64,000 nt of DNA. Origin: Dictyostelium discoideum (Eukaryota). How positions within the stretch are numbered: the stretch's first letter is position 1; every line of letters begins with the position of its first letter. A model generated the notes under the pieces. It did no database searches, was not told where the DNA came from, and saw only the letters and a program-made list of their open reading frames with translations. Both the position numbers and the translations under genes were made by a program. The stretch spans positions 832,001-896,000 of the forward strand of contig CM000151.3 of the NCBI GenBank assembly GCA_000004695.1, written 5' to 3'. Shown here in pieces: positions 40,753 through 55,620 of the stretch.

Positions 40753-43432
40753 TTGGTTTTTTTGCTTTCTTTTTCTTTTTCTTTGTTTTATTTGTAGAAT
40801 TTGTTGTTGTTTTTGTTGTTGTACCATCATTTTCTTTTTGTTCATCTTCATCATTTTCTTCATCTTCATCTTCATCTTGTTCATCTTCATCATTATCATT
40901 TTCATGATTTTTATCAGATTTTTTAATTTTCTTTGAAATTGTTATTACTCTATTTTCACCTTCACCAACTGATTGATGATTTAATTTATTTTTTTCAGCT
41001 AATTCATGAACAACCAATCTTTCAAAAGATGATAATGTTGAAGGAAAACTATGAGATTCCATTGAAGTTTTCATAAATGTATTAACGATTGATTCTAATT
41101 GTAATCTTAATTTTTCTTTTTCTTCTTGTTTCTCTAAATCATCTTTATTTTTTTTCTTTTCTTTTTCTTCAATACTTTTTTTATTCTTTTTATCTTTTAA
41201 CATTTCAATTTTTGATTTTTTATTTGAATCATTATTTGTATTAGTTGTAGTGGTGGTGGTGGTGGTTGTTGAATTATTATTATTATCATCTTTATTTAAA
41301 CTAATATCCCAATTATCAGTATCACTTGGTAAGAATTCATCTTCAATATATTCTAAAGCCGATCTAAATAAACCATTTAATTTAAAATAATCAACCATAC
41401 GTTTTAAAGGTTCATGAGAAGAGATTGTATCAGTATCACAAACTACAACTACATGTTTTCTAGCACGAGTTATAGCAACATTTGTTCTTCTATCTTCAGT
41501 AAGGAAACCAACTTTATGTGGAGCATCAGTATTTGAACGTACCATTGAAATGATGATTACATCTTTTTCTCTACCTTGGAAACCATCTACTGTACCAATT
41601 TCCATTGATGAATATTTTTTAGAGAGATAAGATTTTAAGAGTTTAACTTGACCATTGTATGGAGTGATTACACCGATATCATTTGGTTTTACACCACATT
41701 CTATTAATTTTTCAATATGTCTTTTTACAACGATAACCTCACCATTATTAAATTTTGATTCACCTTCATCATCTTGACTTTCTTCCATATCACAACCACT
41801 TGTATCAATCATTAAAAGAGGACAAGTTGTTGTTAAGGTATTTCTAATTTTTGGTGAATCACCAGTCACCAATAGATGATTTGAAACTGATTTATCAGCA
41901 ATCATTTTTGAATTATAAAATTCCATTGAAGACCAATCCATAATTTTATGATTCATACGATATTGAACATTTAAAAGACGTGAAACTTGATCACCATATT
42001 GTTTAATGATACGCTCGAATAGGGTAATTGATAAACCCATTTTAGCGGCTTCCATTGAATGAATGGTTGGTGGTAATTGTTGATGATCTCCTGCCAACAA
42101 TAGTTTATTACCTTTTTGAATTGGTATCCAACAACTTGCTTCCAATGCTTGAGCACATTCATCTATTACAACCCAGTCAAAATTATCAATACCTTTTAAT
42201 GATGAATCAGATGCACCTGTATTTGTTGAAAGTATTACATTTGAATCGTTTATAACTTGTTGAATTAATGATTTCTCTCTATTCTTTAAATCAATACGTA
42301 ACTCTTTAATAGATGATTGTATAACTCTTCTCTCGGAATGTTGTTTAACTTTTAATAATTGTTTTGATAAACTTTTAATCTCATCTTTAATACCTTTAAT
42401 AATTTGACCACCTTCACTATTCTTTGTTTTATGATCTAATGTATGTTTTAATAATTGTGGTAAAATTCTAGTTGGATGACCAATTCTAGTTGCATTTATT
42501 AAAAAACCATTACAACTACTACTATTTGAATATTCTAATAATTTCTCCAACATATTATCAACAGATAAATTAGATGGACCACAAGCTAATACTTTTTTAC
42601 CAGATTTAATTAATTGGACAATGAATTCAACAACGGTTGTAGTTTTACCAGTACCAGGTGGACCATGAATACATGCTACATCATTTGATGATAATGAAAA
42701 TAATATTGCTTCTTTTTGTGATTGATTTAAACCTTTATTTATTAATTGTTGTTCAAATTTCTCTTTATTAATTTGTTGAAAATAACTATTATTATTTGAT
42801 GGTTGATATCCATCATTTAATAATAAATTGATTAATGAATTCTCGCTATTACCAGTTCTTTTATTTACATTTAATTTTAATTTATCTAATGATTCTCTAA
42901 TTTTCTTATAGGTTACATCATTTGCTAATTTATCGATTGAATATAATGTTTGAAAATATTCATCCAACATTGGTCTATTATTTGGATCACTATCTTCGTA
43001 ATTATCATCGAATGCAATAACTATCTTTCTAGAATCAACTTTATAAACTACACCTTTAAAATAATGATTTGTACCTGGTTTTGATTTTGATGGTCTAATA
43101 CCTACTATATCACCATTTGAAATTTTATGTGGTGGTAAATCAAAATTATCATCTTCATCATCACCATCACTATCTTTATCATTATTTTGCTTTTTATTAT
43201 TATTATTATTGTTTGATCCACCATTATCAACAAACGATGCTCTTGCAAGTTTTATTAAAATTCTACCTGATAAACCTGTTGAAAAATTTAAAATCTTAAC
43301 TTTATTAATTGTAACACCTTTTAATTCTAATTCTTTATTTGATAATGTTGCAAAGTTTTCAATTGCTTCATTAACTTCTGATTCTTTTTCAATATCTAAT
43401 AATTCTAATGTTTTTTTAATATAATTTTCCAT
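40358..43432 (-). CDS. ighmbp2: IGHMBP2/SMUBP-2-type superfamily-1 helicase (1024 aa) with a C-terminal R3H-like region and an AN1-type zinc finger.
   Basis: Walker A is IHGPPGTGKTTTVVEFI. Also DECAQALEASCWIP, LLAGDHQQLPPTI, VDGFQGREKDVIIISMVRSN and VAITRARKHVVVVCD. The C-terminus CGMKGCGKNVEILGRICQFCTHKYCTQHALYEIHGCG matches the AN1 pattern. The N-terminus MENYIKKTLELLDIEKESE resembles IGHMBP2. Confidence 0.85.
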
Positions 43433-43830
43433 TTGAAATTTTATTTTTTATATATTTATTATTTTTTTATTTATTTATTATTATTATTTTTTTTTTTTTG
43501 AAAATGAAATCACTAAAAAAAAAAAAAAATTGAAATAAAAAAAAAAAAATAAAAAAAAAATTTTCTCATCTTTTTAAAAGAAATATATTTGCCAATTTTA
43601 AAAAAAAAATATCCAAAATAATCTTTCCAAATAAAAATTCAAAATCCATAATTTGGAAATTTAAAAAAAAAAAAAAAAAAAAAGACTCGACTTTTTGTAA
43701 TCCAATAAATTCAGTTTGCCAAAAATTATTATCCAAATAAAAAAAATTAGAATTAGATATATTTCATTTATTTTTTGAGTTGTTTTAATTTTTTACCTTT
43801 TTTGTTAATACTTTTATTTTATTTTTTGAT

Positions 43831-43861
<31 letters not shown>

Positions 43862-44004
43862 CAAAAATAGGTAAAAAGTTAAAATGAGTCAAAAAGAAAA
43901 AAAAAAAAATGCTGAATGGTCTGGGACAAAAAAACAATTTTTGAAATAAAAAAAATAAAAAAAAATAAAAAAAAATAAAGTTTATTTTCAAAAAACGCGT
44001 CATT

Positions 44005-44048
<44 letters not shown>

Positions 44049-44348
44049 GATATTGCATTTCTATTATTTTTTTGTATAAAAATAGAAATCAAAAAAAAAA
44101 AAAAAACATTTCAAATCATCAAATAAAGAAAAAAAAAAAAAAAAAACAATAATAATAAATATAAATATAAATAATTATTAGGTGTAGAACTTTTAATAAT
44201 AAAAACATAAAAACCACACCCCTTTTTTTCGTTTTTATTTTTTATTTTTTATTTTTTATTTAATTTTTATATATCTTGTGTTTTTAGATACACACATTAT
44301 TTATTATATCTTTAAAAATATTTATTTAAAAAAAAAAAACCAAACAAA

Positions 44349-44945
44349 ATGATAGAAATTGTGGGAAAGGTTTTATATAATTTTATATTTCAATTTCTTG
44401 TACTTTTAAAATTGATTATCTATTATTATCAATTATTAAGTTTTAAAACAAGATATATAATATCACAAATTTTCATGTATTTATATATAAAAACACCAAA
44501 TGATTATATAGATTATATCAATACAACAATAGATGATAGAATTTCATCACCACCACTCAATTGTAATAACAACAATGATAATAATAATAATAATAATAAT
44601 AATAAACAGCAACAACAACAACAACAACAATCAACTAATACAAAGAATAAACAAGATAACTCGACAACAACAACAGCAACAAAAATATCAACACCAAAAC
44701 ATTTAGCATTAATTTTAAATCATAGAGATCAAATTAAATCTTTAACAAATACAACAGAAACTATAAATTTTTATAATAAAATATCAGATATCTTAATATG
44801 GTCAGTCATAGTTGGTATTAAAAGAATAACGATTTTCGATAATCATGGTTCACTTAAAAAAAATATTTCTGTATTTCAAAATTTATTAGATAATAAAATA
44901 AAACCATTTAATAATATAAATACATCAAATAATAAAAATAATACA

Positions 44946-44996
<51 letters not shown>

Positions 44997-45415
44997 CAAA
45001 CAATATATAAATTTAATTGGTTAAATAATTTAAAAAATATTACACCAATTGGTGGTGATATGACAGATATAAATTCTAGAATATTAAATGTTTCAATTGT
45101 AACAGTTGAAGATGGTAAACAAGAATTAATTAATATTACAAAGAAATATATAAAAGATTCAAAATTAAATCAAGATTTAATTTTAAATGAATCATATGTA
45201 AATTCAAATTTACCAAGTATGTTTTATAAATAAATATATATGTCATTTTTTTTTTTTGATTTAATCTTTATATTAATAACAATATTTAATAAAATTTAGG
45301 TTTCATTGGTGGTAACGATTTTGAACCAGAAGTAGCATTGGATTTTAGTGATAAACATTTATTTTCTGGTTTTTTACCATGGCACATAAAACTAACTGAA
45401 TTCATGTATGTATTT

Positions 45416-45450
<35 letters not shown>

Positions 45451-45583
45451 TTATTATTCTAACAATATTATATTTATAATTTATATATTCAGAAAAATGG
45501 ATCACTTTAATCAATTTTATTTGGAAAGATTCCATCATTTTTTAAAAAAGTATAATTCTGTTCAAAAAAGATGTGGAAAATAA
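44349..45583 (+). CDS. nus1: NUS1 / Nogo-B receptor homologue (cis-prenyltransferase accessory subunit). Exons 44349..45216, 45300..45405 and 45493..45583, about 354 aa.
   Basis: N-terminal TM segments. The conserved C-terminus is EPEVALDFSDKHLFSGFLPWHIKLTEF-I-KMDHFNQFYLERFHHFLKKYNSVQKRCGK* (human has [27 protein letters not shown]...RLGK). Introns are bounded by A|GTATGT..TTTAG and AT|GTATGT..TTCAG, and the second contains (TTTA)n. Confidence 0.7.
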
Positions 45584-48500
45584 AAAAAATTAAAAAAAAT
45601 AAATAAAAATAAAATATTGATAACATTCAAGTGTTGGATAATAATAATTCAATTGATTTAAAATCAACTTTTTTTTTATAAATAAATAAAAGAAAACTAA
45701 ATTAAACAGGAAAAAAAAAAAAAAATTCTAGAAAATTCATTTAAAAATTTGGAAAAGAAGTTACAATCAAATAGTTTTTCTATTTTTTTTTTTTTTTTTT
45801 TTGGTTTTAAACAATTTTTAAATTACAACACTTATGAATTTATTTATTAGTAATTTGGAATATAAAGTTTTTTTTTTGGTAAACCAAATACCACAATATA
45901 GACCATTGTACAAAATTTTTATTCTTCTTCTGGGACATCTCTCCTGTAAATTTTTAAAAATCATAAAAAAAAAAAGAATATTAGTAATGAATCATTTTTA
46001 ATGATTAATGTTATATAATAATAGATGTATATTTACATTGGTGGAATTGCTGGTGGTGGTGGAAGACCATTCCAGGTAATATTGTTGTTACCAAAGTTAA
46101 TGGATGTTGAATTGGATGAGACTGATTTGGATGAGACTGACTTGCTTCCTCCTAATGATAATTTGGTTAAGGCATCTATAAATATATACATATATTTATA
46201 ATTATTAGTTACAATGTAAAATGTAAATTGTATTTTTATTTTTTGGACGGTAGTTACCAAATAACATTTTTTTATAATTAAGATTTTTGTTAAAAAAAAA
46301 AAGTAGTAGTATTACAAAGATATAAAGAATTTTTGTAGATATGAGAACAATTTGTTTGGAAAATGTTTAAAAAAAAAAAAACATTTGTTTAAAATGTTTA
46401 ATTTTAAAAATTTATTTATTTAAGTTAATTTATTTTATTTTTTATTATTTTTTTTTTTATTACAAATGATTTCTGAAATTTTAATGGTTTCGCAAACATT
46501 AAATCAACAGCATAATAATAATAAAAATCAAATCTTAATCTCTTTCAGGCGATCATCAAAAATTTTATTTTTACATTTTTTAATTTTTTTTTTTATTTTT
46601 TTTTAAAAAAAAAAGATTAATGAGAGTGGAACAATAAAAGGGACTGGATGGTGTGGGTTTTGTAAAAATCCAGTTAATGACGAAAACTGTGTTGGATATT
46701 AAAAAAAAAAAATTAAAAAAAAAAAAAAATAAAAAATAATCAAAAAATAAAAATTATTATGGTTTTGTTATTGTTATTTTCATTACTAATAATTCAACCA
46801 CCCAGAGAGATTTTGTTTTATTTTTAAATTTTTTTTTGTTTTGTTATTTTTATTTTTATTTTTATTTTTATTTTTTTATTTTTTTTTTGTGTCTGGTGAT
46901 TTTAAATTATTTCATTATTAATCTTTTTTTTTTTTTTTTTTCAATGCAAATTTTTTTTTTTAAAAATAGTCGCAATTTTTTCACAAAATTTTATTTTATA
47001 ATAATAATAAAGCAAAGATCCAATTTTTTTATTTTTTTTCTTTTCATTTTTTTATTTTAATTTTTTATTTTATCTTTTTAAATTTAAAATAAATTCAAAA
47101 TTTAATTTTAAATTGAATGGAGAAAATTTATTAGATATTAATACCTTTTAATATATTGCTACTTTTATTTTCTTTTTATTTTATCCTTTGTTTGTAAGTA
47201 ATTTCTTCTTTTTTTTTATTTTATTTTTTATTTTTTTTTTTCCACAGTCCAAATCCAATTATTTTTTTTTTATTTTTTTTTTTTCAAATAAAAAATTTGT
47301 TTTTACAAAAGTTGGAAATCCAAAGATATTTTAAAATGAAAAGTTATCAACTTTTTTTTAAAATTTTATTTTTGCAAGTTTATCAACGAGACTACCAACA
47401 TTCGAAATGGTGGTATCCATGCAATTACTCTTTTTTTTTTTTAATTATTATTTTATTTTATTTTATTCTATTCTATTTTATTTTATTTTATTTACTTGTT
47501 TATGCTGCGAAAGTAAGAAAAATATTTTTTTATTTCGTTGTTGATATTTGACCTATTTTTTTTTTTTTTTTTTTTTTTTTTATTTTTTTTAAATGTAAAA
47601 TTCGATGAGTTTTCATTCCAATGTCATATTTTTAAATTTTATAAAATTATACAAATTGATTGAAAAAATTTTCGTTGGTGAAAAATAATTTTTTACTAAT
47701 TTCTTTTTGGAAATTAAATAATTTTAATTTTAATTTTAATTTTAAATTTAACTTTAACTTTAATGGTTATATGTGTATATATGTAACATTTATAACATTA
47801 ATAAATATAACTTTTTTTTTATATTTTTTTTATTTTTACTTATTCTCTTTTTTTCTGTTTTTTTTTTTTTTCTTTGGTCATAAAGTATAACCTTTATAAT
47901 CTAAATGAAAAAGTTAGAGTGAAATCAGCGGGTTATTTAACTTTTTTTATTTTTTTTTTTTTTTTTTATTTTTTTTCTTTTTTTTTTTTTTAATTGAGAA
48001 TTTTTTTTTTTTTTTTTTTTTTTATTTTTCATAAAAATTTTATAATAAAACCTCTCGTCCTTTATTTTTACTTTTTCATTCATTTTATTGTAACCAATCA
48101 AAAAAAAAAAAAAAAAAAAAAAGTAAAAAAATACAAATAAAAAAATAAAAACAACTTCTATTAAAGAGATAAATCTATTTATTCATTTCAATTAGATAAC
48201 TCAAATAGAACTTTTTATTTTTTTTATTTTCACTGTACATTATTTAGAAACTCAAATAAGCAATCAAAAAAAAAACAAATCAAATCAAATCAAATCAAAA
48301 TAAAATTTTTTTTTAAAAAAAAAAAAAAAATCAGTGTATTAATAAATTGAAAATAGATATATAAAGGTAATAATATAATAATTGTTAAAAGAAAGTTTTT
48401 TTTTTAAAAAAAATTTTTGCACAAAAAAATATTTGCACAAAAAAAAAAAAAAAAAACCACCAGATCGAAAATTTTTAGATAAGCACATTCAAATAATAGT

Positions 48501-48675
48501 AATTTTTAAATAAGTAACAACAGTAATAAGAATAAATAATATTTAGGAAAAAAAAAAAAAAAAAAAAAAATTTGTTTTTGGATTTGTATTTTTGCCAATG
48601 GGCAAAAATTTATTTAAAAAAGATATCTTTTTTTAAATTTTTTTATTTTTTTTTTTATTCCCTCAAAAAAAAAAA

Positions 48676-48708
<33 letters not shown>

Positions 48709-49722
48709 AAAGAAAAAACAAAAAAACCATCAAAATAATTCACTTTTAAATAATTTTGTTAATGACTATGATTTAGAATAATACATTGGATAAATCTTGC
48801 CATATCAATTCTATTTTTTAAAAAAAAAAAAAAAAAAAAAACACCACCCCACATCACACCACACAAATATCTATATTCGAATAAATTCTATAATTGGATT
48901 TTTTTTTTTTTTTTTTTTTTTTTAAGTTAAAGATTAAAAATACGAAAAGGGTACATTCTGCCTATCTATTTATCTATTGTTATTTCTTTTTTTTTTTCCT
49001 TATTGTCATTTTACACTTACATTCTTTTTAATTTGTATAAAAAAAAAAAAATAACCACACAACTCTATAATCATCATCATCATCATAATCATCATCATCA
49101 TCACTATCACTATCACTAGTACACCTTTTTTATTATAATAAATAATAGCATATATATATATAAAAATATATAAATATTTAAATATAAAAATAAAATAAAA
49201 TAAAAATATATATATTTTGTTATGATATTGAAACTAAAAATATATAATAAAATATAAATTTAATAAAATATACCACCTTCACCCTCTTCAACACCATCAA
49301 TTTTTGGTTGAGTTCTATTGCTATTTTAATTGAGAAAAAAAAAAAAAAATAAAAAAAAAAAAAAATAAATAAAAATAATAAAATAAAAATAAAAATAAAA
49401 ATATTAAAAAAAAACACACACAACACCAACAAAAAAAAAAAAAAAAACAACAACATCAACATCATTTGTTAAATAATTAATATATTAAGTTATTTATTTA
49501 TTTATTTATTTATTTATTATATAATTTAACCTTTAAAAAAAAAAAAAAAAAAAAAAAATTACACACTTTACCACCATTCATTCACAACCCACACCATTAC
49601 CACCATTTTAACAACATTACATTACTTTCAAACAATTACATATAGCCACCCAAAATTATTTTTTTTTTTTCCACGCTCACCCCTTTGTTTTTGTTTTTGT
49701 TTTTGTTTTTGTTTTTTTTTTT

Positions 49723-49766
<44 letters not shown>

Positions 49767-50439
49767 TTTTTTTTTTTTTTTTTATTTTTATTTTTTTAAA
49801 TTACTTTTGATATCAAAAGTGTCAACACTCACAAAATATATCCTCCCAAATATATATAATTTTTATATATATCTCCCTTTTTTTTTTTTTTTTTCCTCTT
49901 ATTAAAAACCTAAAAATTTTCCACAATCTCACAATTTCTCCACACAACAAATTATTATTATTATTGTTTTTATAAATCACATATTTTTATTTTTTATTTT
50001 TTTTTGTGTTGTGGGTTTTTTTTTTCAAATATAATCATATTATTATTTTTATTTTTATTTTTATTTTTATCATCATTATTTTTTTATTATTATTTAATTT
50101 TTTTTATTTTTTTTATTATTTTTTTTTAATTTTGGTTTTTCTTTTGGTTTTTTTTTTATTTTTTTTTTTTTTTCTTATATTAAAAAAAATAAAAAAAAAA
50201 ACAACAAGACATCATCATCATCCATTTCAAAATAATCACAAACTTTATCACAAATTTTACTAACCATTAAAAATTAAATTTATTCAAATAATTATTTTTT
50301 AAAAAAAATTTAAAAAAAAAAAAAAAAATAATAAATTCTATTATTTTATAATAAATAATAAATTAAAATAAAAAAAATAAATTAAAAATAATCAAAAAAA
50401 AAAAAACAAAAAAAAAAACAAAAAAATCAAAATACAATC

Positions 50440-52344
50440 ATGTCAATTTATCATGGTATTATAGGATCATCAGATCACATTCAAAATATTTTCCCACCAC
50501 CATCACCTAGAAAAAATATTTCATTATCAACAAATAATATATCAAGTTTAACAACACCTAAAAATTTTACAGCTATAGTAGTGACAAAACCATTGTCTCA
50601 ATCAACAACATCAACTCAGGAAATGATGAATACATCAGATGTAAGTAATAATTTATTTTTATTTTTATTTTTATAAAAAATTATTAATTAAATTTTTTTT
50701 TTTTTTTTTTTTTTTTAATTTTTGATAGATTTTATTTGACATTCAACAACCATTATCACCACAACATCATTCAAGACAAATACAACAACAACAACATGAA
50801 AAAATTACACCAGAAGAAGAAGAAAGAAGATCAGATGAATTACAAAAGATATTATTAGATACTATACCAATATTAATTAAAGGTGTTGAAACATTAGGAA
50901 TTGAAGTTGAACAAATTTGTAATGGTGATAGTGCAAATGAAAAGAGATCAAATTGTCAAGTATTGGTTGATATTCAAAAAACATTGAGAGAGTATCCACG
51001 TGGTATGGGATATCGTTCAAAGACCATTCCATCCAATATAGTGGGTAAACCAAAACTGATTGCATTTCGTCATAGTATGGACCAATTAGTTTGGGAGAAC
51101 ATTTCAAAATTATCAATTCTAAAGGATTTCGTAGAGTTTACATTAGACTTTCAAAAACTTTGTGTCATTGGTATTAGTATTCGTGATGCTATCAATTCAT
51201 TTGTAAATAATAAATGTGAATACTTGATTAAAGGTTTTGAATTTAACAATACAAATTCAATTTTATCTGGTATAAATATTCATCATCATCTTAATCACCA
51301 ACCTGGTGCATCAACACCAAGACCATCGCATTCATCCTCATCATCGTTATCACATTCATTATCATCATCACCAATGTCACAATCATTACCATCATCATTA
51401 ACATCTGGTGGTGTATCATTATTAAATACAAGTGATGATGCTATCGTACCATCACTATCATCAGGTAATGATGATAGTAGTGGTAGTAGTTTGTCATCAT
51501 CAGATGCAAATGTAATTTCAATTAATATTAGTACAGTAATTCAAAATGGTGTTAGAGATGAAATTAATAATACATCAATCTCTGCTTTAAAGAAATCACA
51601 AAAACAACAACCTGTAGTATTATCTCGTGCTCCAAAACAAGTTATGGAAAGTACTAGAATATTGGTTGATACCGTTGTCAATAGAAAATGTATGTATAGA
51701 GAAGAGAAAGCATCAATCTATAGAGAGATGATGAATGATCGTTTAACACTTTTAAAAGAAGATCCAAAGAAATTTAAACAACAACTTTTACAACAACGTC
51801 GTCAAAAATTAACAAATTCTGATCAACCTCATGAAACTGATTATAATGAGGATTTTAATTTAAACAATAATAGTACTAATAATAATAATAATATAAAAAA
51901 AGAATCAAATGGTTCATCTGTAAATAGTCAAACAACAACAACCACAACTACAACAAATAATAATAATAATAATATTTCACCACAACATTCTGGAACAAGT
52001 GGTTCACCAAGCGATAAAGAAAATTCACCAATATTTAGTCCAGGATATTTATCAACATCACCACCAAAATCACCACCAAAATCACCAGAATTTCTTGGTG
52101 TACCAATTGGTAAGAAAGCTCATTTATTAGGTCATGCACGTTCATTTAGTGCAGATACTCATGCAACTAAGGAGGCAGCAGCTAATCAACATCATCATTC
52201 TCATAATAATATTGGTTCAGTTTTATCACCTCCATTATCTTCTCAAAATGAAAGAATCTTAAGAAATTATAAACTTTTATCATCATCACCATCATCATCT
52301 AGCTCAGCAGTAGTTACCAATCCTGTATCATTAACAACCCAATT

Positions 52345-52378
<34 letters not shown>

Positions 52379-53368
52379 ACGACATCACAACCAACTCAAC
52401 CACCACCATCAGAATATCAATTATTAGATTTAGAATGGGAGGAACCAATCGATAGTGATTTTATATTACCATGTAAAGGTTATAAAATCGATAGTGGTAA
52501 TAGTAAATGTCAACAAGTTAATTATGATGAGTTAATAGTGTTATATACGGATGAGGATGAGTATCATTATTGTGATGATTTTTGTAGTTTAGAACATTTC
52601 AATTTCCTTGGAGTTAATAAAAATCAACCAGATAATCCAATGTGTATATCGGTTGTAGTTCAACATGATACCAATGAACTATTGTATATCATTAGAACCG
52701 GTGAAAAGGATGAAAAGTATAGATTATCATTACCCTATGGTAAGAAGGAAATCTCCTCAAAGGATATGTTAAAGATGATCAAGAAATCACGTTTCAATCA
52801 AATGTCAAACTTTAAATTAAAAGAGGTAAAGTCTGATCAAAATCAACAATTCATCAAACAATTGATTCAATTTGAAGCTAAAAATATTCATAAAACCTTT
52901 AAATTTGGTGTTTTATATTGTTCAGAGAATCAAGGTACCGATGAAAATGAACTCTATAGCAATAGTAGCACCAGTGATGAGTTTCAAGAGTTTTTAAGGA
53001 TTTTGGGTGATCGTGTACAATTACAAGGTTGGACAAAGTATAGAGGTGGCTTAGATATTAAAGATAATACAACTGGAACTCATAGTATCTATAAGAAATG
53101 GAGAGATTTCGAAATTATGTATCATGTTGCCCCTATGATTCCTTGTCGTGCCGCAGATGAACAATCGGTTGAAAGAAAAAGACATTTAGGTAATGATATC
53201 GTTTTAATCATCTATAAAGAAGGTAATACAAAATTATTCGATCCTTCAATCATTAAATCAAACTTTAATCATATCTTTGCTGTCGTTCAAAAAGTTGATC
53301 CAATTCCAAATGTTGATGGAGCTGCTGTTATAAATTTAGGAAATAGTTTCAATAATAATAATAGCAGC

Positions 53369-53413
<45 letters not shown>

Positions 53414-53695
53414 TCTGATTCAAACCTTCCAACTACAAATAATCTTCCAATAATTACAAATGTAAATTATAAAATTTCAATCGGTTGTAAAGAAGAAGTT
53501 CAAAATTTTGGTCCTGCTTTCCCAAAGAATCATATTTTCTCAACTTCAACTGGTGAAAATCTCACTGATTTCCTTTTAACTAGATTGATCAATGGTGAAA
53601 GAGCAACTCTAAAATCACCTGTATTTGCTCAAAAATTAAAAAGAACAAGAAAAGAATTTTTACATTCATTCATTACTGATTTTGGTAGTGAATAA
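50440..53695 (+). CDS. Rap-GAP domain protein (about 1056 aa). Exons 50440..50640 and 50729..53695.
   Basis: Exon 1 ends ...TSD|GTAAGT with acceptor TTGATAG in phase 0. The RapGAP catalytic core is FKFGVLYCSENQGTDENELYSN...IMYHVAPMIPCRAADEQSVERKRHLGNDIVLIIYKEGNTKLFDPSIIKSNFNHIFAVVQKV, which follows the family pattern. Long Ser/Asn/Gln-rich linkers. Confidence 0.8.
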
Positions 53696-54553
53696 ATTAT
53701 TTATTAAAACTTTTTTTTTGGTTTTTTTTTTTTTTTTTTCAATCAACCAATCAAAAAAAAAAAAAAACAAATCCAAACAAAAAAAAAAAAAAAAAACCAA
53801 ATCTAAAAAAAAAAAAAAGGTTTAGAAAAAACATTAAAAAAAAATAAGTAGCGTAATTTGTAACAATATTTAGTAAAAATAAAATAAACAAAAATAAAAT
53901 AAGATAATAAATGTATCAAAAAAAAAAATAAAAAATAAAAAAAAAATAAAATATGAATATATAAACATTACTACATATCCATTAAAAATCTCAAAAAATC
54001 CAATTTTAACAATTAGTCACCAGGTATTTAAGTTAGCTCATTGAAATTATTAGAAACAATTAAACTAACTTTAATGATCAAGAATAATTCTAATCCATTT
54101 ATTCAATAAATCAACTCAATTTAGTAAACAGAAGAAAGTTTTTTATTGGTCTAAAAAAAGAAAAAAAAAATATGTAAAGGAAAAAAAATGATATTTTTTA
54201 TATTAAAAATAAACATAATTTTTTTGGAATATATTGAAAATATTTAGTTTTTATTTTATTCACTATCAAAAGTGGTGAATTGTCTTTTTTTATTTTTATT
54301 ATTTTTTAAAAAAAATGAGGTTATTTATTTTCAAATATTTAAAAAAATAAAATTAATTTTATTAACCTTTTTTTTTCTCTCTATTTTTTTTTTTTTTTTG
54401 CAAACTGATGATATTATTTCACAGTACTTACAATTGATATTTACAACTCATTATTCATTTAGCTAGATAGAATTTGTCTGGTTTCTATGATTTCTCCATC
54501 CAGGTCATTATTGATACCATCAATTATAAATTGGTAAAATTAGACTACATCAT

Positions 54554-54724
54554 TGGTACCAAATGCCATTATTTCTTTTTTTTCAATCTGCTTTACTCTC
54601 AATTTTAACCAACAACAATTATATTTTCAATGGCTAAAAACATTAAACGATGTTATAATTGTTGTTGGTTTAAAAATTGATAGTAAAGCAGATTGCAACA
54701 AAGAAATAATGGCATTTGGTACCA
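54554..54724. repeat. Near-perfect ~70-bp inverted repeat (hairpin-forming) with a ~30-bp loop.
   Basis: Left arm is TGGTACCAAATGCCATTATTTCTTTTTTTCAATCTGCTTTACTCTCAATTTTAACCAACAACAATTAT. The reverse complement of the right arm, ATAATTGTTGTTGGTTTAAAAATTGATAGTAAAGCAGATTGCAACAAAGAAATAATGGCATTTGGTACCA, matches it at about 90%. Confidence 0.75.
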
Positions 54725-55241
54725 ATGATGAACAAAATTTTGATCGACAGCATTTATTGTCTCTTTGAATTTATTACTTTCAGATGGTTCATCGATTTTT
54801 GTGCTACTAAGATATCCATCAACTCTATATAAATATCTGTTTGTAATTCCATTGGTTTGAGTTGTTGTGGTTTTGGTTGTTTCTCAATTTTCGTCTCTGA
54901 TAATTTATAAAGAGTTACCTTATTTTGATTTAAATCAAAAAAGCAATTAATAAAACTTTGAATTTTCAAATCCCAAAATAACAATAAAATAAATAGATTA
55001 AATAGATTAAATAAAAAAAAAAAAAAAATAAAAAAAAATAACAAAACCTTTGTTTAATAATCTTTGTTTAATTTATTTATTTTTAGTTTTAGTTTTATTT
55101 TTATTTTTAGTTGTGTTTTTTTTTTTTTTTAAATTTTAAAAAAATTCTAAAAATGTCCAAGATCTAGATAGAACAAAATCTTGTTTTTAAGTTCCAAGAA
55201 ATAAAATAAAAATTTTGAGTTATAAAAATCTATAGATTTTA

Positions 55242-55549
55242 TTAATAATCGCCATCATAACTTCTAAAGTCCTCAACTTTATATTTCTTTTGGTAATGTT
55301 GATAATTGCTATCTCTGTTATTGGTTTTATCATTTGGATTAGATTCTTTCAAAAATATGACACTATCATCATTTTCATTATCTCTTTCTCTTCTTCTTGT
55401 TGCAATTTTATTACTATTATTTTTATTACTATTAATGACACTATCATTATTTTCGTTATCCCTCTCTCTTCTTCTCGTTATAATTTTGTTACTATTATTA
55501 ACCGCACCATCATTATTTTCGTTATCCCTTTCTCTTTTTCTTGTTATAA

Positions 55550-55620
<71 letters not shown>

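Noticed and set aside
46033-46260. ORF 46033..46260(-), possibly a spliced small gene (MLF|DALTKLSLGGSKSVSS...NGLPPPPAIPPM*)
   Set aside because: A GTAACT/TATAG intron can be drawn, but there is no recognisable family or signal peptide and the composition is simple. Too weak to call.
46836-50676. F-, L-, K- and I-rich ORFs in the 46.3-50.4 kb region (46836, 47297, 47660, 48572, 49220, 50006)
   Set aside because: Homopolymer and AT-repeat translations in intergenic DNA.
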